Below are positions 62,950 to 64,000 of a stretch of 64,000 bases of DNA, in pieces. Made by a program: the position numbers and the translations under genes. Position 1 is the first letter of the stretch; each line of letters begins with the position of its first letter. The notes under the pieces are model-generated. The model did not search any database and was not told the DNA's origin. It saw only the letters and a program-made list of their open reading frames with translations. This DNA is from an uncultured Gammaproteobacteria bacterium. GTDB lineage: Bacteria > Patescibacteriota > Patescibacteriia > UBA9570 > CAZNEH01. Location: assembly GCA_964572175.1 (NCBI GenBank), contig CAZNEH010000002.1, forward strand, positions 1,406 through 65,405, given 5' to 3'.

Positions 62950-63456
62950 CTACTCCTTGTTGGGAGCCAGGGCTACGACCCAGGCGATGAACTCTCCGAC
63001 CGTAGTGACTTGTCTCAGGGCGTTCGCCGCTGCCTCGTTGATCTCGAAGCCCAGCTCGGTGCGGCAGGCTACGCCTGCTTTGGCCAGCCCCTTAGGACAG
63101 ACATCCAGATCATCTCCTTCTCCCTCTCCTGTCAGGAGTCGATCGTCGTCTGTCAGGGCAGCGGAGTTGACGTCCCAGACCCGGCACATGATCCCCTTGA
63201 TGTGGTCTTTCAGGATCAGGGGCATGATCCAGTCGAGCCACTCTCCAGGTGTGGCCGGGTCATCCTCTCGGCCCTCATCCAGCTCGAGCTCCAGTTCGCT
63301 CTCGACGTCGTAGGAGATGTCGTCGAAGTCTCCTTCGAAGTCATCGAGCAGGGAATCGAGATTCGTGTCCTCAGTGAACTCGTCGCTGTCGTCGATCAGG
63401 CTGTGGGCGATTGCGTGCTGACGCAGGATCTCCAGACACTCTTCGCGGCTCTTCAT
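62950..63456 (-). CDS. acidic ACP-like protein Y (168 aa): ACP helices I-II (DTNLDSL) and III-IV (ELGFEINEAAANALRQVTTVGEFIAWV) split by an insertion of about 90 aa
   Basis: DSL Ser motif. The C-terminus matches the ACP helix III-IV consensus. GGAGG SD 6 nt before the ATG. Confidence 0.4.
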   Translation of the reverse strand: MKSREECLEILRQHAIAHSLIDDSDEFTEDTNLDSLLDDFEGDFDDISYDVESELELELDEGREDDPATPGEWLDWIMPLILKDHIKGIMCRVWDVNSAALTDDDRLLTGEGEGDDLDVCPKGLAKAGVACRTELGFEINEAAANALRQVTTVGEFIAWVVALAPNKE

Positions 63457-63560
63457 GGGGTACCTCCGTACCGTTTGGAATTCATTTTTACCCTATCATG
63501 GCCAAAAAAAAGAGGCAAGGCCGCGAAAGTCCACTTGGGGTCTCTCGCAAAACCTTGCTC
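63457..63560 (-). promoter_or_regulatory. leader/promoter repeat R2 upstream of gene Y
   Basis: Duplicate of R1. Confidence 0.6.
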
Positions 63561-63578
63561 AGGGAGGGAGGTTGCTCC

Positions 63579-63989
63579 TTAGGGGAGTCGTTTCCCAGTA
63601 GTTCTTATGGGTCCGTTGCCGCAGCGACAGCTTTTTCCTTGTTCGGCTCTCTCGCCGCAGCTGCACTTCCAGGTTCTGGGAGGTAGGGGAGTGCCGAAGC
63701 TCATCTCTTTGGCGGGACGTCCGGTGAACTTGTTCTTGACCCACTGGACCAGGGCGCCGACGGTCTCCACGCCGACCAGGTCGAACTGGCCGATCTGGAT
63801 CAGGAGCTCCTTCTCCAGCGCCGCGATCAGGTCCACAGTCCGGATGCTGTCCAGTCCTAGATCGATGAACTCAGTCTCCGGACTGAGTGCGTCCCGATCT
63901 ACCTGGAAGACCTTGGACACGGCCAGGCAGACCTTGTTTTCCAGCGTCTGGTCAAGGTTGTCCGCACACGTCGTTCGAGTTGGTTGCAT
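63579..63989 (-). CDS. acyl carrier protein-like protein X with a C-terminal CxC-x9-CxC tail
   Basis: FIDLGLDSIRTVDLIAALEKEL is the canonical PP-binding DSL/DSI motif in a four-helix context. GGAG SD before the ATG at 63989. Upstream region lies beyond the window. Confidence 0.55.
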   Translation of the reverse strand: MQPTRTTCADNLDQTLENKVCLAVSKVFQVDRDALSPETEFIDLGLDSIRTVDLIAALEKELLIQIGQFDLVGVETVGALVQWVKNKFTGRPAKEMSFGTPLPPRTWKCSCGERAEQGKSCRCGNGPIRTTGKRLP

Positions 63990-64000
63990 GATGTCTCCGT

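Noticed and set aside
62465-63686. Plus-strand ORFs antisense to the ACP-like cluster
   Set aside because: Ser/Ala/Arg-rich low-complexity translations. The minus-strand genes have SDs and ACP motifs.

Overview
This window is AT-rich (about 35% GC) bacterial chromosomal DNA whose gene content resembles Patescibacteria/CPR. Calls made from sequence motifs: lexA with a divergent radical-SAM/HhH repair gene, rpoB-rpoC, guaB and guaA, ftsK, a RodZ-like gene, recA, groES-groEL, uvrA, a UvrD/PcrA helicase, an S8 subtilase, MgtC, a Mur-ligase-family gene, and a block of NUDIX/HAD/S51/alpha-beta-hydrolase/ATP-grasp genes. There are three giant Gly-rich surface proteins (10073-13878, 24224-30163, 33699-37490) that share a near-identical C-terminal module of about 170 aa. 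The first has a 1-nt frameshift in a G5 tract. The most unusual feature is six GC-rich (about 55-60% GC) single- or few-gene islands inside this AT-rich background. They lie at about 581-1797, 3978-4990, 31284-31871, 44366-45250, 58770-59190 and 62290-64000. Each carries its own SD sequence and an intrinsic terminator, and several have host-like promoters. One island encodes an MTAP/PNP-family phosphorylase. One is flanked by a perfect 14-bp inverted repeat. One overwrites the 3' end of a host gene. The last island holds three tandem ACP-like genes behind a duplicated leader of about 100 nt. Further observations: a direct-repeat GTTC-N7-GTTC box sits between the -35 and -10 of both lexA and recA; a 20-bp palindrome family flanks recA; a six-copy palindromic intergenic element occurs in one orientation only; extended -10 (TGCTATAAT) promoters are widespread; rpoB has a structured leader. 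No CRISPR array, rRNA or convincing tRNA was found. All coordinates come from manual reading, and element boundaries are approximate to a few nt.
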